Positions 27,748 through 38,661 are shown, counted from the stretch's first letter. The stretch: DNA of 64,000 nucleotides from Marispirochaeta sp. (GCA_963676835.2 CAXXFF010000003.1:576001-640000); one strand, 5' to 3'. The notes: generated by a model not told the origin, from the letters alone. A program made the numbers and translations.

Positions 27748-28720
27748 AATTGACCTTTCCTTTACGCTTGATAAAACTGTTAACCGTAAGAACGGAGATG
27801 ATAATCATACCCTGAGCACCGATCTGCCAGTCGGGAGATACTCTCAGGAAGGTAAGCAGGGTGGCTACGAGGGTCATGGTACAGCCACCGAGAACAACAC
27901 CGATGGGTGAAACCTTACCACCGGCGAAACTACCTCCACCGATAATTACACTGGCTACTGCAAGCAGGGTGTAGTTACGGGCCATGTTGGCATCAGCACT
28001 GGTGGTTATACCAGCAAGAGCTGCACCGCAGATAATTCCAAAGAGACCAACAATACCGAATACCAGAATCTGCAGCTTCAGAGGAGACTGTCCGGACTGC
28101 AGGATTGCCTTGGGGTTTCCACCGAGTCCGCGGATAAGAATACCGAACTTTGTCCGGAACATGACAAACTGCAGGAAAACCGCCAGAATAACCAGCACAA
28201 TAATGGGAAAAGGTACAAAAGGTGTACGCAGGTTCATCAATGTCTGAAGAAACTGGGGCACATTTCCACCGGGACTTGGCTGTATTGTGATGGCAAGACC
28301 TGTCCAGATAAAGGAGAGTCCGATGGTCACAACTATTGAGGGCAGTTTTCTTAAGTGAAGAAACGCACCTACAGTCATGTACACCACAAGGATTCCGATA
28401 AGCATCAGGATACCGAGAAACGGACTCTTGGGAATAAGAGTTCCGATTACACAGGTAACCAGACTGACCAGGTTTCCAAGGGAAAAGTCAATTTCTCCAA
28501 TCGTCATGGCAAAGGTCTGGGCAATTGTAACCAGTACAATAGGTATGGCCATATTCAAAAGAAGGTTAAGTCCGTTATAGCTCATTACCCTGGGCCGGAG
28601 TACAAGGATCGGCACCAGGACGACCAGCAGGGAGATCAGCGGCATGATGAGATCCTTCATACCGGTAATCTTAAAATTTTTTGTTACGTCATTCAGTTTC
28701 ATTTTTTCCGGTTTCCTCAC
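27740..28720 (-). CDS. Monosaccharide ABC transporter permease
   Basis: GEIDFS, LPSIVVT, GGNPKA and VASVIIGG. Confidence 0.92.
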   Translation of the reverse strand: MRKPEKMKLNDVTKNFKITGMKDLIMPLISLLVVLVPILVLRPRVMSYNGLNLLLNMAIPIVLVTIAQTFAMTIGEIDFSLGNLVSLVTCVIGTLIPKSPFLGILMLIGILVVYMTVGAFLHLRKLPSIVVTIGLSFIWTGLAITIQPSPGGNVPQFLQTLMNLRTPFVPFPIIVLVILAVFLQFVMFRTKFGILIRGLGGNPKAILQSGQSPLKLQILVFGIVGLFGIICGAALAGITTSADANMARNYTLLAVASVIIGGGSFAGGKVSPIGVVLGGCTMTLVATLLTFLRVSPDWQIGAQGMIIISVLTVNSFIKRKGKVNYV

Positions 28721-30168
28721 TAAAACGAAGATTTAAGGATTTCTTCTTCCGTTGCCTCGGATCCGGCCAGTTCCGCAAGGATCTTTCCGGATTTGAATAC
28801 ATAGATTCTGTCACAGTACTGGAGCTCATCCATTTCAGTTGTATACCAGACAAAACTTCTGCCTTTGGCACTTTCCTGAATAATCAGCTTGTAGATCTCT
28901 TCCTTGGTACCTACGTCAACTCCACGGGTGGGGTCATCCATAAGAACAATGGGAGAACTCGATTCCAGACAACGTGCAAATAGAACTTTCTGCTGATTAC
29001 CGCCGCTGAGGGACAGGATATTTGCCCCAAGAGAAGCAGATTTAATATCAATAATCTTTTTCCATTTAGCCGCAGCTTCGGTCTCTTTATGTGTATCGAT
29101 AAGCATCAGTTTTTTAAGCTTGTTGTACACCTGCAGTGTAAGGTTTTTAACAATAGACCAGCGGGGAAATACACCGTCAGTCTGTCGGTCTCCGGGAAGG
29201 AATGTAACCGGTCCTTCTATTTTGTATTCCGAGTTTCTACGCCAGCCGAAAAGATTCAGAAGCAGGTCTGTCTGCCCGTGTCCCGCCAGGCCGGTAAGGC
29301 CGATAACCTCACCTTTGGCTACCTTGATGCGTTTGACATCATCCGAGGCAGAAAGAGGTTCGACAACCATTTTATTGGGGTCAAAATCCTTTTTCGCAGT
29401 TCCTTCAACTTTTGCAGTCTGGGATTTAAGAGGTTTTGCCTCCCCCATCATCTCGATGATTTTGTCCCGGGTGGCTTCTTTTGTTTCCAGGATACCCACA
29501 TTAACACCGTCTTTCATTGCAAGTATCCGGTTGGAACAGGCAAGGACTTCATCAAGCAGGTGAGATATATAGATACAGCTTACTTTCTTGCCCTGAAGAG
29601 CATTCAGGTAGGCAATAAGCTGTTCGGATGTCTGATGGTCAAGAGCACTGGTAGGTTCATCAAGAATTACCAGGCGGTGGGGATGATCGACAGAGGTAAA
29701 AGCCTTGGCTATTTCCACAATCTGCCGGTTACCGAGGGAAAGATCCTCGATAATATCATCGGGATGGACATCGTGCCCCGGGAAAATGGTATCCAGGGTG
29801 TCCATGATGCGTTCTTCAGCCTCTTTCTTCCAGTTTTTACCGTTAAGAGAGGGGTGGAAAACCCGCATATTTTCCAGCACAGACAGGTTCGGACAGAGGC
29901 TGAGCTCCTGAAAGATCGCCCGTATACCCTGCTGGTTTGCAACATGAACGTTATAATTTTCGTCCTGTATGCTTCCGTCAATAATAAGATCGCCGGAGGT
30001 TTGTCCGTAGGTACCGGTGAGAATATTTACCAGCGTGGACTTCCCGGCTCCATTGTGGCCGACTATGGCCAGGGTTTCCCCTTCATAAATTTTGCAGTTG
30101 ACGTCTTTCAAAGCCTGCTGCTGCAAAAAGAATTTATTCAGTTGTTTTACTTCGATCAGGGTGTTCAT
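28720..30168 (-). CDS. Monosaccharide ABC transporter ATP-binding protein (RbsA-like)
   Basis: GHNGAGKST, LDEPTSAL, LSGGNQQK and DDPTRGVDVG (tandem NBDs). Confidence 0.93.
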   Translation of the reverse strand: MNTLIEVKQLNKFFLQQQALKDVNCKIYEGETLAIVGHNGAGKSTLVNILTGTYGQTSGDLIIDGSIQDENYNVHVANQQGIRAIFQELSLCPNLSVLENMRVFHPSLNGKNWKKEAEERIMDTLDTIFPGHDVHPDDIIEDLSLGNRQIVEIAKAFTSVDHPHRLVILDEPTSALDHQTSEQLIAYLNALQGKKVSCIYISHLLDEVLACSNRILAMKDGVNVGILETKEATRDKIIEMMGEAKPLKSQTAKVEGTAKKDFDPNKMVVEPLSASDDVKRIKVAKGEVIGLTGLAGHGQTDLLLNLFGWRRNSEYKIEGPVTFLPGDRQTDGVFPRWSIVKNLTLQVYNKLKKLMLIDTHKETEAAAKWKKIIDIKSASLGANILSLSGGNQQKVLFARCLESSSPIVLMDDPTRGVDVGTKEEIYKLIIQESAKGRSFVWYTTEMDELQYCDRIYVFKSGKILAELAGSEATEEEILKSSF

Positions 30169-30224
30169 CTTTGTTGTTTCCTTGTTTCTCCATAACCCCA
30201 CAGAAGCGGGCAGCCGTTATAAAC

Positions 30225-30249
30225 CTGAGGTCCGCCATGCGGACCTCAG
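30225..30249 (-). other. 11-bp hairpin after the binding-protein gene (mRNA stabiliser or attenuator)
   Basis: CTGAGGTCCGC-CAT-GCGGACCTCAG perfect inverted repeat between the binding-protein and ATPase genes. Confidence 0.6.
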
Positions 30250-30281
30250 ATAGAACATTTTCTAAATTGCTCTGATTTAGA

Positions 30282-31343
30282 TTATACTTCAGGTACTGGA
30301 TCGGCAGGAGCGGGCTTTCCAGCTTTCGCATTGGAAATAAGTTCCTGAACCCATGACTGAGGATAATAGTTGGATGATACAGCACCTTTGGGAGTAATCT
30401 GGAGGAAGATATCCAGAGTTTCCTTGGTGATGGACATCGGGGGAAGCATGATCTTTTTGGGAACGTCGTTTCCATTAAGTACTTCCAGAGCTGTCCAGAA
30501 AGCAACCTGTACTGATGCAGGGGGGATACAGCTTGATTCAGTTTCGTAACCATTCTTTACATTCAGGTCTTTCCAGATCTGAAGCTCATCCTGGCGGTTA
30601 CCCATGTATACGATGGGGATCGGGCGACCGGCAGCTTCGAAAGCCTTGATAGCACCGTATCCGTCACCACCCTGGGTTACAACACCAACGATTTCGGGAA
30701 GTGAAGGAAGAATACCTGCAACCTCTTTCTGTGCAACAGACTGAGTCCAGTTTCCGTATACTTCACCAACGATTTCGAATTCGGGGTGCTTAGCCATACC
30801 GTTCATGATTCCTTCATGAATAGCATCGTTTACGAAGGTACCTGCAAGACCACGGATCTCAAGCAGTTTGCCACCGTCGAGGCGCTCTGCAAGGTAATGA
30901 ACTTCGCGCTCACCATACCACTGGAAGTCAGTGATAAGCTTGTAAGCATCATCCAGAGTAACGGCGTTGTCGAAAGAGATTACAGGAATACCTGCATCAA
31001 TCGCTTTCTGAATAGCACCGTTAAGGGCTGTGGGAGATGCAGCGTCAAGTACGATTGCATCGTAGCCTTCCAGAATAAGGTTCTGGATCTGGGCAGCCTG
31101 CTCAGCAGCGGAACTTTCGTTAGTAGTGAAAGCAGGTGCTTCCTCGATAAGTCCCTTTTCAGTTGCTTCGGTTACTACAGTGTCCCAGTCTTTCAGCATC
31201 TGCTGACGCCAGGAGTTTCCTGCGTAGTCGTTGGAGAAAGCGATGCGCCATTTTTTTGCGCCGCCGTCTTCCTTTCCACCTTCTGCGAATACGGCTCCGG
31301 CAACGATAAGAGTTACCAGAAGTACAGCAATAATTTTTTTCAT
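30282..31343 (-). CDS. Sugar ABC substrate-binding protein (RbsB-like)
   Basis: Signal ..VFAEGGKE, plus NDYAGNSWRQQM, AGIPVISFD and EIRGLAGT. Confidence 0.92.
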   Translation of the reverse strand: MKKIIAVLLVTLIVAGAVFAEGGKEDGGAKKWRIAFSNDYAGNSWRQQMLKDWDTVVTEATEKGLIEEAPAFTTNESSAAEQAAQIQNLILEGYDAIVLDAASPTALNGAIQKAIDAGIPVISFDNAVTLDDAYKLITDFQWYGEREVHYLAERLDGGKLLEIRGLAGTFVNDAIHEGIMNGMAKHPEFEIVGEVYGNWTQSVAQKEVAGILPSLPEIVGVVTQGGDGYGAIKAFEAAGRPIPIVYMGNRQDELQIWKDLNVKNGYETESSCIPPASVQVAFWTALEVLNGNDVPKKIMLPPMSITKETLDIFLQITPKGAVSSNYYPQSWVQELISNAKAGKPAPADPVPEV

Positions 31344-31479
31344 TTACTCCTCCTTAGGAATATTTGAATTGAACTGTATCCAGTATGGGGCCGCTTTTTG
31401 GAGAGCAAAATGGAAAACTTATCGATTTTTCGGAAAATTTTTACTTTTTTGTAACACTTTACTGATAATGGTCTATTTC

Positions 31480-33063
31480 TTAACTGATAATTTTCTTGCC
31501 CCGCAGGTAATCCGAGGGAGATACACCGAACTGCTTTCTAAAACATTTACTGAAATAATAGGGATCGGAATACCCCACCCTCTCGGCTATTTCCATAATA
31601 GGTTCCAGGGGTTCTTTATCCATAAAAGCCTTGGCAGTGCGGAGCCGGTAATCGGTAAGATACTCGATAACAGACACACCAAGCTCTTTTTTGAACACGC
31701 TGCTTAAGTAACTGGGCGAAACAGAGACAGATTCGGCTATCCGCTCCAGGGTAATAAACTTCCTGGTATAGTTGCGTTCAATATAAACCTTTGCTTTACG
31801 GACAACCAGCTGGGTCTTGGAGGCCTTCCCCGATTCCTTTACCGACAGAAGCTGGGTAAGCATATTGACCAGCCAGAACATGAGATCGTCAAAGGTGGTA
31901 AAACGCTGAAAAAGAGCGAAAACATCATCCGCACCGTTGAGATACGATTTCAGACTCAGACTGTTCTCTTCCATAAACTCATTGATAATACTGATAATCT
32001 CCATACAGGCAGTTTCACAGTATTCCCGGGGATATTTCTTCTCTTTTATGGAAAGCAGGTAGGATCTGACCAGATCAACAGCTTTCTGCTGCTGCCGGCT
32101 TCTCAGAAGCAGCAGCAGATCTTCCCTGGAGGAAAACGAAGGTAGATCTACCCAGCTCTGACGGCTTTCGTCGGTTGAAGAGTGAAGATGAATAATATTC
32201 CGTCCCTCATGATAACAGCGCTCTGAAGCATTCAGAGCCTGACGGTAGGCTTCAGGAAGATCGGTAATTTCAGGGACCAAGGTGCTTATTCCGGCAATGG
32301 TATCAACACCCCGGCCGTTGAGGGCTGCAATCAACGTCTTTGCCACCTCATAATAGCTCTTATCCTTTATTCTGCTGGTTTTTGCATCATCGTTGCTTAT
32401 AAGAACAATCCTGCCGGCCTCATCAATGAGCAGTTCCATGTAGGGAACCTCTGGAAGATCCTCCGCAGGGACCGCTGAAGCAGCGGCAATAACCGTAACA
32501 ACAAAGCCTCCCGGATCGAGGGGTATACGAAAGAGTTCCCAGCGGTCCTGTATTGCCTTTGGGCTTCCTCCATGCTTTCCATTCAGCAGGGTAAGCAGAA
32601 ACCGGCTCTTAAGACTGCTGGTATCCGGCTGGGGGGTTACCTGGTTCTGAATGGAAAGAAGCCGGTGCCTTTCATCCAGCAGGATGGTATCCTTTGCTTC
32701 AATTACGGTTTCCCGGAACTCCTCGGGATTAATGGGCTTGAGATTATAGGCCAGCACACCCGCATGTAAAGCTGCCCTGGCATAATGAAAGTCTTCATAC
32801 CCGGTTAAAATGATTATTTTTATCTGTGGATATTTGAGGCGGACCTTTTTGGCAAGTTCAACCCCGTTTATAAAGGGAATATTAATATCAACGATCATAA
32901 GAAGGGGCCGGAGATTCTCCACCATATTCAGGGCGGTTTCCCCATCCTCGGCTTCTCCGACTATTTCGAAACCGAGATCCTCCCAGTCGATGGAATTTCG
33001 TACAAGGCTCCGAATAAGGTACTCATCATCAACAATAAGTACCGGAATACGCATTTTTGCCAT
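31480..33063 (-). CDS. YesN-like response regulator (receiver plus AraC HTH)
   Basis: VLIVDDE, DINIP and C-terminal SYLSSVFKKE...VGYSDPYYFSKCFRKQFGVSP. Confidence 0.93.
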   Translation of the reverse strand: MAKMRIPVLIVDDEYLIRSLVRNSIDWEDLGFEIVGEAEDGETALNMVENLRPLLMIVDINIPFINGVELAKKVRLKYPQIKIIILTGYEDFHYARAALHAGVLAYNLKPINPEEFRETVIEAKDTILLDERHRLLSIQNQVTPQPDTSSLKSRFLLTLLNGKHGGSPKAIQDRWELFRIPLDPGGFVVTVIAAASAVPAEDLPEVPYMELLIDEAGRIVLISNDDAKTSRIKDKSYYEVAKTLIAALNGRGVDTIAGISTLVPEITDLPEAYRQALNASERCYHEGRNIIHLHSSTDESRQSWVDLPSFSSREDLLLLLRSRQQQKAVDLVRSYLLSIKEKKYPREYCETACMEIISIINEFMEENSLSLKSYLNGADDVFALFQRFTTFDDLMFWLVNMLTQLLSVKESGKASKTQLVVRKAKVYIERNYTRKFITLERIAESVSVSPSYLSSVFKKELGVSVIEYLTDYRLRTAKAFMDKEPLEPIMEIAERVGYSDPYYFSKCFRKQFGVSPSDYLRGKKIIS

Positions 33064-33064
33064 A

Positions 33065-34870
33065 TCAATGAATCTCCGAAATAAACGGCAGACGAACAAT
33101 AACCTTGGCAAAATGCCCCGGCCGGCTGCGGAAACTGAGACCGTACTCCTCACCGAAAAAGAGTTTTATCCGCTGATCTACACTGGTCATGCCGAAGCCC
33201 CGGTCATCTTCATCGGGAGCCCTGGCGCTGACAAGCATTCTGATTCTCTGCTCGTCAAAGCCCTGACCGTTATCCACCACCTGAAGAGAGACTATATCAT
33301 CAATGAGCCTGCCGGTAACCCATATCCTGCCTTTTCTGCGAACACTTTTAAGTCCATGATAGATTGAATTTTCAACCAGCGGCTGAAGAGAGAGTTTGAT
33401 TATTTTCTGATCAAGAATCTTTTCCTCAACATCAAGAATAAAATCAAACTTGTCCTGATAGCGGATCTCCTGGATAGCCATGTAGTTCTTCAGAGTGCTG
33501 ATCTCTTCCCCAATGGTTACCACCGGTCTTCCTTCGCTCAATACTCCCCGGTAGAACATGGAGAGAGATTTACCAAGGCGATAGCTGTCTTCGTTTCTAC
33601 CCAGCTGAGAAAGAGCACAGAGACTTTCCAGTGAATTATACAAAAAATGGGGGTTTATCTGGGACTGAAGCGCAAGAAGTTCCAGCTCCCGCTGCCGCTT
33701 CTGTTCGTGGTAAACCTGATCCACCAGTCCGGCGATTCTCTGAACCATATTGTTGAAACTGCCCGCCAGCAGTCCGATTTCATCGTTTCCGCTTACCCTG
33801 GCCCTAATCTGCAGATCTCCCTGAGCCGCATCGGACATGGAATCCGAAAGCGATTTTATAGGTTTTGAAATAGCCTGGGACATCCAGAAGGAAAACAACA
33901 GCTCGAATATAATTGAGACCAGCCCTATAAGATATATGGAATAGGTCATTCGCCTGCTGTAATCCATCAGTTCATTCAGAGGTACCATTCCGATAATAAG
34001 CCAGCCCAGCCTTTCCAGGTGATTGGAAATAACAACAAACTGCTCCCGGCCGAAGGTCGTTATCTTACCCTCGGAGTTGATATCCGACAGCCAGTCAACA
34101 TAGCGGTTTCTGAGGAACTGATTATAGAGTCCGTAGTCGTTGGTTTCGGGAAACACCAGCATCCTCTGCCGGTTGACCACAATAAAACGGCCGGTTTTCC
34201 CATAATCCAGATGACTGTAGAGGCGGGAGAAAATACTCTCGTTCATTTTCATCTCAAGAATGCCGACGTTCTCACCCACATTTCCCCGCTGTACAATTCT
34301 GAATAACGTGGGGCCCGAATCTTCCGGATATTCCAGGGTATACGGAAGGGTTCCCGGGTCGGTCCAGACCTTTCGCCCTTTGGAGTCGGAAACCATATTG
34401 ATAAATTCCGGAGCCAGCTGTTTATGCTGAATCTCCTGCCGGTGACTGAGAAAGCCTGCGCCGGCCATAGTCCCGTCAAGACGATAAACACTTATACTGT
34501 CGATATATCCGCGGAGATACATAATCTTGTCCAGTACAGAATTGACAAGAAAATACTGATCCAGCCCCTCCATCTGATCCGGTTCAATCTGCCGGGTAAG
34601 CACTGCCTGAACAACAGGGTCGGACGCAACCCGTTCCGCTCCGGTTTCGATATCGTTCAGTGCGCTGTCAAGACTCTGCATGATAATATCGAGGCTCTGC
34701 TGGGTGTTACTTACAATCCGCTTGAGCATAAGCTCCGAGGCAACATGGTTGGCGATATATCCGGACAAAAGAATAAGCAGGGAGATAATAATAATATTAG
34801 GAAAGTAGATCTTCTTGAGGATGGACAGATTGGCATAAAAGGTTTTTATACGAACCAGTGGATTAGACAC
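33065..34870 (-). CDS. YesM-like Cache/HAMP sensor histidine kinase
   Basis: LQSQINPHFLYNSLE, LQPLVENSIYHG and DNGQGF. Confidence 0.93.
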   Translation of the reverse strand: MSNPLVRIKTFYANLSILKKIYFPNIIIISLLILLSGYIANHVASELMLKRIVSNTQQSLDIIMQSLDSALNDIETGAERVASDPVVQAVLTRQIEPDQMEGLDQYFLVNSVLDKIMYLRGYIDSISVYRLDGTMAGAGFLSHRQEIQHKQLAPEFINMVSDSKGRKVWTDPGTLPYTLEYPEDSGPTLFRIVQRGNVGENVGILEMKMNESIFSRLYSHLDYGKTGRFIVVNRQRMLVFPETNDYGLYNQFLRNRYVDWLSDINSEGKITTFGREQFVVISNHLERLGWLIIGMVPLNELMDYSRRMTYSIYLIGLVSIIFELLFSFWMSQAISKPIKSLSDSMSDAAQGDLQIRARVSGNDEIGLLAGSFNNMVQRIAGLVDQVYHEQKRQRELELLALQSQINPHFLYNSLESLCALSQLGRNEDSYRLGKSLSMFYRGVLSEGRPVVTIGEEISTLKNYMAIQEIRYQDKFDFILDVEEKILDQKIIKLSLQPLVENSIYHGLKSVRRKGRIWVTGRLIDDIVSLQVVDNGQGFDEQRIRMLVSARAPDEDDRGFGMTSVDQRIKLFFGEEYGLSFRSRPGHFAKVIVRLPFISEIH

Positions 34871-34872
34871 GG

Positions 34873-35952
34873 TCAGCGGATCTCCTTGAGCAGACTGTAG
34901 GGCAGATCTGAATCAACAAAGATTATGTCGGATAATTCCGGTTTCGCATAGCTTACTGCATCTTCTCCGGTTAACAGCTGGGGGTCAAGCTTCATCCAGG
35001 AATCAAGCTTTTCTCCCCGTACAAGCCGTACTGCACTGCGGAGGACTGTCATTCCCTGCCATGTGGGAGTTGAAATTGCTGCAAAATCAAAATCGGGATA
35101 CTGGTCTTTATATTTCAGGTAGAGTTTGAACAGGCCGTTGTAGTCATCTCCTGTCACCGGCACCAGAGGGTGCCCCGCATCCAGGAGTGCTTTAAGGGCA
35201 CCTGCTGCGACCTGCCCGCCGTCGGCCCAGATGCCGTCGATATGCTTGTGATCTTTCAGCAGCCCGGACATTATTTCGTAAGCCCGATCCTCCTGCCAGT
35301 AGGCATCCCGATAAGCAAGAATCCTGATTGAACTGGAATCAATAACCTCAAGGGCTCCTTTCATAGCCATTGCAGTACCGGGATTTCCGGGGATACCCCC
35401 AAGCATCACAATGCTGCCGGAACCGCCTATCTTATTCTGCAGCCAGGAAGCCCATTTTCTGCCCCGTTCCCGTTCGTCCGGCCCGATATATACATCGTAA
35501 CTGTCTGAATCTTCCAGAGGCAGATTACAGTGAAGAACCTTTATACCAAGTTTCCTGGCTTTTTTAAGAGAAGGAGTAACCGCGATTGAAGAATTGGGAA
35601 TCAGGATAATGGCATCAACTTTAAGTGCGATAAAAGACTCAATATCCTGAATCTGTTTATTTATATCTCCCCGGCCGTCCCGGACAAGAAGTTCAAGATC
35701 AGAATGACGCAGGGCTTCCTGACGCATGGATGCCATCAGTTCCGCCCGCCAGGAGTTGTCAGTAAATCCATTACTGAAACCGACAACCACCGTCTCTTCC
35801 ACAGCTTCCGGGCGAACCTTCTGAGCCGCCACCTGAACCCTTCCGGGAACACAGGCGGTTATACCTGCAACAAACGCTGCAAGAAGAAGATAATTGAGTA
35901 TTGCTGAAAATGTATGCTTATTGAGTAAAAGCAACCGCCGGGCTATATCCAC
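34873..35952 (-). CDS. Sugar-binding protein coupled to YesMN-like genes (probable sensory binding protein)
   Basis: RbsB-like GFSNGFTDNSWR and LGGIPG. Ends 2 nt before the kinase start. Confidence 0.85.
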   Translation of the reverse strand: MDIARRLLLLNKHTFSAILNYLLLAAFVAGITACVPGRVQVAAQKVRPEAVEETVVVGFSNGFTDNSWRAELMASMRQEALRHSDLELLVRDGRGDINKQIQDIESFIALKVDAIILIPNSSIAVTPSLKKARKLGIKVLHCNLPLEDSDSYDVYIGPDERERGRKWASWLQNKIGGSGSIVMLGGIPGNPGTAMAMKGALEVIDSSSIRILAYRDAYWQEDRAYEIMSGLLKDHKHIDGIWADGGQVAAGALKALLDAGHPLVPVTGDDYNGLFKLYLKYKDQYPDFDFAAISTPTWQGMTVLRSAVRLVRGEKLDSWMKLDPQLLTGEDAVSYAKPELSDIIFVDSDLPYSLLKEIR

Positions 35953-36013
35953 GGGGCATTATACCGGCGGTTACTGCAGTCTGTCAAAATTTACCGGTTC
36001 TATAGAACAGGTA

Positions 36014-36829
36014 TCAGTTCATTTCATAACCGCCGTCTACGTTCAGAGTCTGACCGGTTATAAAATCAGCATCTTCTGAACAGAGGAAACTCACCGCTCC
36101 GCCGATATCATCGGTTGTACCGATCCTTGCAAGGGGTATTTTTGTAATCATCTCGGCAGTTGCCTCTTCTACGGAAATTCCAAGGGACTCCGCCTTGCCT
36201 TTAATACTGGCATCCCACATGGGGGTAGAAACTACACTGGGAGAAATCGCATTTACATTAATACCGTAGGGTGCAAAAGCCATGGCACTGGACTGGGTAA
36301 TACTGATAATTGCCGCCTTGGATGCAGCGTAATGTATCTGGAAGGATCGTCCCCTGCGGCCTGCAATAGAGGAAAAGTTAACAATTTTGCCTCCGCAGAC
36401 AGGGCGCTTGCCTTCCGGCAGACTCTGAACCTGGTCTACCATCTGCTGACCGACAATCTGGCAGGCAAAGGCAGTTCCCTTCTGGTTGATTGCTATAATT
36501 CTGTCCCAGTCCTTCTCTTCCACCTCAAGGAATTCCCGACTCTGGACAATGCCCGCAGCATTTACCATAAAGTCGATCCGGCCGAAGCTGTCCAGGGTAA
36601 ACTTTACAACCTTGCGGATGTCATCTGTCTTTGAGATATCCGCTGCAATACTGACTGCGTCAGTGCCTTTTGCTTTACACTCATCCACAGCCGCTTTAAG
36701 CTGTTCTTCGCTTATATCGGACAGAACCATTTTTGCTCCATCCGCAGCCAGACGGAGGGCAACACCTTTACCTATTCCGGAAGCCGATCCGAAAACAAGG
36801 GCAATCTTATCTTTATGACGCTTTTCCAT
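36014..36829 (-). CDS. SDR-family oxidoreductase (polyol dehydrogenase-like)
   Basis: GSASGIG, NAAG, YAASK and ITGQTLNVDGG. Confidence 0.92.
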   Translation of the reverse strand: MEKRHKDKIALVFGSASGIGKGVALRLAADGAKMVLSDISEEQLKAAVDECKAKGTDAVSIAADISKTDDIRKVVKFTLDSFGRIDFMVNAAGIVQSREFLEVEEKDWDRIIAINQKGTAFACQIVGQQMVDQVQSLPEGKRPVCGGKIVNFSSIAGRRGRSFQIHYAASKAAIISITQSSAMAFAPYGINVNAISPSVVSTPMWDASIKGKAESLGISVEEATAEMITKIPLARIGTTDDIGGAVSFLCSEDADFITGQTLNVDGGYEMN

Positions 36830-36967
36830 TTAACTCTCCAGTTATTCGATTCTCAAGTATTCAAGCACACCGAACCTTTCGGTCCAATTATTATACCTAT
36901 TATATCCTCACTCCCGATCTAAGGCAACAAGAAGAATATTGCAGATACAGCGAAAATAGAGCCATCA

Positions 36968-36997
36968 AAAAAAATGCGCCGCAAAAACGGCGCACTC
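36968..36997 (-). terminator. Intrinsic terminator after dhaL
   Basis: Minus strand GTGCGCCG-TTTTTG-CGGCGCAT followed by a T-run. Confidence 0.7.
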
Positions 36998-37023
36998 ACT
37001 TAGATTTTTACATAACCTGAAAA

Positions 37024-37644
37024 TCATCTGAAGACTTCGGCAAAGCCCTGTATAAGATAGAGCCCGGCGGTTGCCCCGGGGTCCTGGTGCCCCAGTGACT
37101 GTTCCAAATAGTAGGCTGCACGGCCATGGGTGGCCTGCATCTCTTTTGTTGATTCCAGCCCGGCCTCTGCAGCAGTAAGAGCCGCCCTTAAAGCTGAAGC
37201 GAGATCTGAATGACTTTCGGCAAGCGCATCAGCGACCGGCCCGATAACATCAATGATGGTTTTCTCTCCCCTGTCGGATTTACCCCGCTCTTTAAGTCCC
37301 TCTTCGAAGGCCTGAAAGAAATCAGCCAGACTGCCTGCTGAAATCTCCTCCACTCCCTTAAGGGCCTTACCTCCCCGCATAAAACCTGTGGCCATGAGGG
37401 TGCCCATTGTACTGGGAGCCGCATTGTTCATGGCCATGCCGGCTTTAGCAAGAAACTTACCGATATCTGTCTCCCCCTCAGCCGGTTCAAGAGCGGCTGC
37501 TGCGGTGAAGGCACGGGCCATGGTAAGTCCCAGGTCTCCGTCTCCCATTCTGGCATCAAGCTCTATTAACAGATCACGGCCCTCTTCCATTTTCTTTTCC
37601 AGGCTGCGAAAAAGAAGTTTTATGCTGCTGATATCATAAGCCAT
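37024..37644 (-). CDS. dhaL: Dihydroxyacetone kinase-family subunit L
   Basis: LDARMGDGDLG, GEKTIIDV, HGRAAY and DPGA. Confidence 0.9.
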   Translation of the reverse strand: MAYDISSIKLLFRSLEKKMEEGRDLLIELDARMGDGDLGLTMARAFTAAAALEPAEGETDIGKFLAKAGMAMNNAAPSTMGTLMATGFMRGGKALKGVEEISAGSLADFFQAFEEGLKERGKSDRGEKTIIDVIGPVADALAESHSDLASALRAALTAAEAGLESTKEMQATHGRAAYYLEQSLGHQDPGATAGLYLIQGFAEVFR

Positions 37645-37653
37645 GACGATCTC

Positions 37654-38661
37654 CTAAAACTGTATCTGCGTAAAGAAGGGTGTATCCGCGGGTTTTGCCA
37701 GCAGACGCTTCAGTTCATCATCCAGTTTTATCACGGAAATAGAGAAGCCGGTCATTTCCATGGAAGTGGCAAACTCACCAAGGTAGGCACGAAAAACAGT
37801 TATACCTTTTTCTTTAAGAATCTGATTCACTCTGCGGTAGATAATATACTGCTCCTCTTTCGGCGTCGAACCAAGACCATTAATGAGAACTGAAACTTCA
37901 TCTCCGGTCGCTGCTTCCAGGTCGGGGAGAATCTGGTCCATCATTTCATTTACCACATTATCCGCAGTTTCCAGGGGTCCTTTTCGTATCCCAGGCTCTC
38001 CATGGATACCCATGCCTATTTCCATTTCGCCATCGGCAATGGTAAAGGAGGGTTTTCCCACTTCGGGGATAATAACCGGAGAGAGGGCAACACCCATGGT
38101 TCTGACTGATGCACCGGCTTTTTCTGCTATCCGTTTAACTTCAGTTAGTTCTGCCCCCTCATCTGCCATGGCACCGGCACATTTGTAGACATAAAAAATA
38201 CCCGCAACACCGCGGCGTTTTCCAGCATTGTCTTTGGATGCGCTGGCAACATCATCGGCAGCGATATAGGTTTCGACCTTGATATCCTCAAAATCCGCCA
38301 TTTCGGCAGCCATATCGAAGTTCATGATATCTCCACCGTAGTTACCGTAGATATACAAAACACCTTTACCGCTGTCTATGCTTTTTGTTATCTCAAACAT
38401 CTGCTGGGCACTGGGACTCTGAAAAACACCTCCCACGGCACAGCCGTCCAGAAGACCTGCCCCGACATAGCCCAGGAAAAGGGGCAAATGACCGGAACCG
38501 CCGCCCGTGGCAAGTGCAACCTTTCCTTTGACCGGCGCATCTGCCCGAATAATAGCCCGGGGCTCACCTTCCAAACCTTTAAGGCGGTCCGGGTGGGCTG
38601 AGAGGATTCCTTCCACCATTTCATCAACAAAATCTTCGGGCTTATTTAAGAATTTTTTCAT
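37654..38661 (-). CDS. dhaK: Dihydroxyacetone kinase-family subunit K
   Basis: GGGSGH, NYGGDIMNF, RRGVAG and GMGIHGEPG. Confidence 0.92.
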   Translation of the reverse strand: MKKFLNKPEDFVDEMVEGILSAHPDRLKGLEGEPRAIIRADAPVKGKVALATGGGSGHLPLFLGYVGAGLLDGCAVGGVFQSPSAQQMFEITKSIDSGKGVLYIYGNYGGDIMNFDMAAEMADFEDIKVETYIAADDVASASKDNAGKRRGVAGIFYVYKCAGAMADEGAELTEVKRIAEKAGASVRTMGVALSPVIIPEVGKPSFTIADGEMEIGMGIHGEPGIRKGPLETADNVVNEMMDQILPDLEAATGDEVSVLINGLGSTPKEEQYIIYRRVNQILKEKGITVFRAYLGEFATSMEMTGFSISVIKLDDELKRLLAKPADTPFFTQIQF

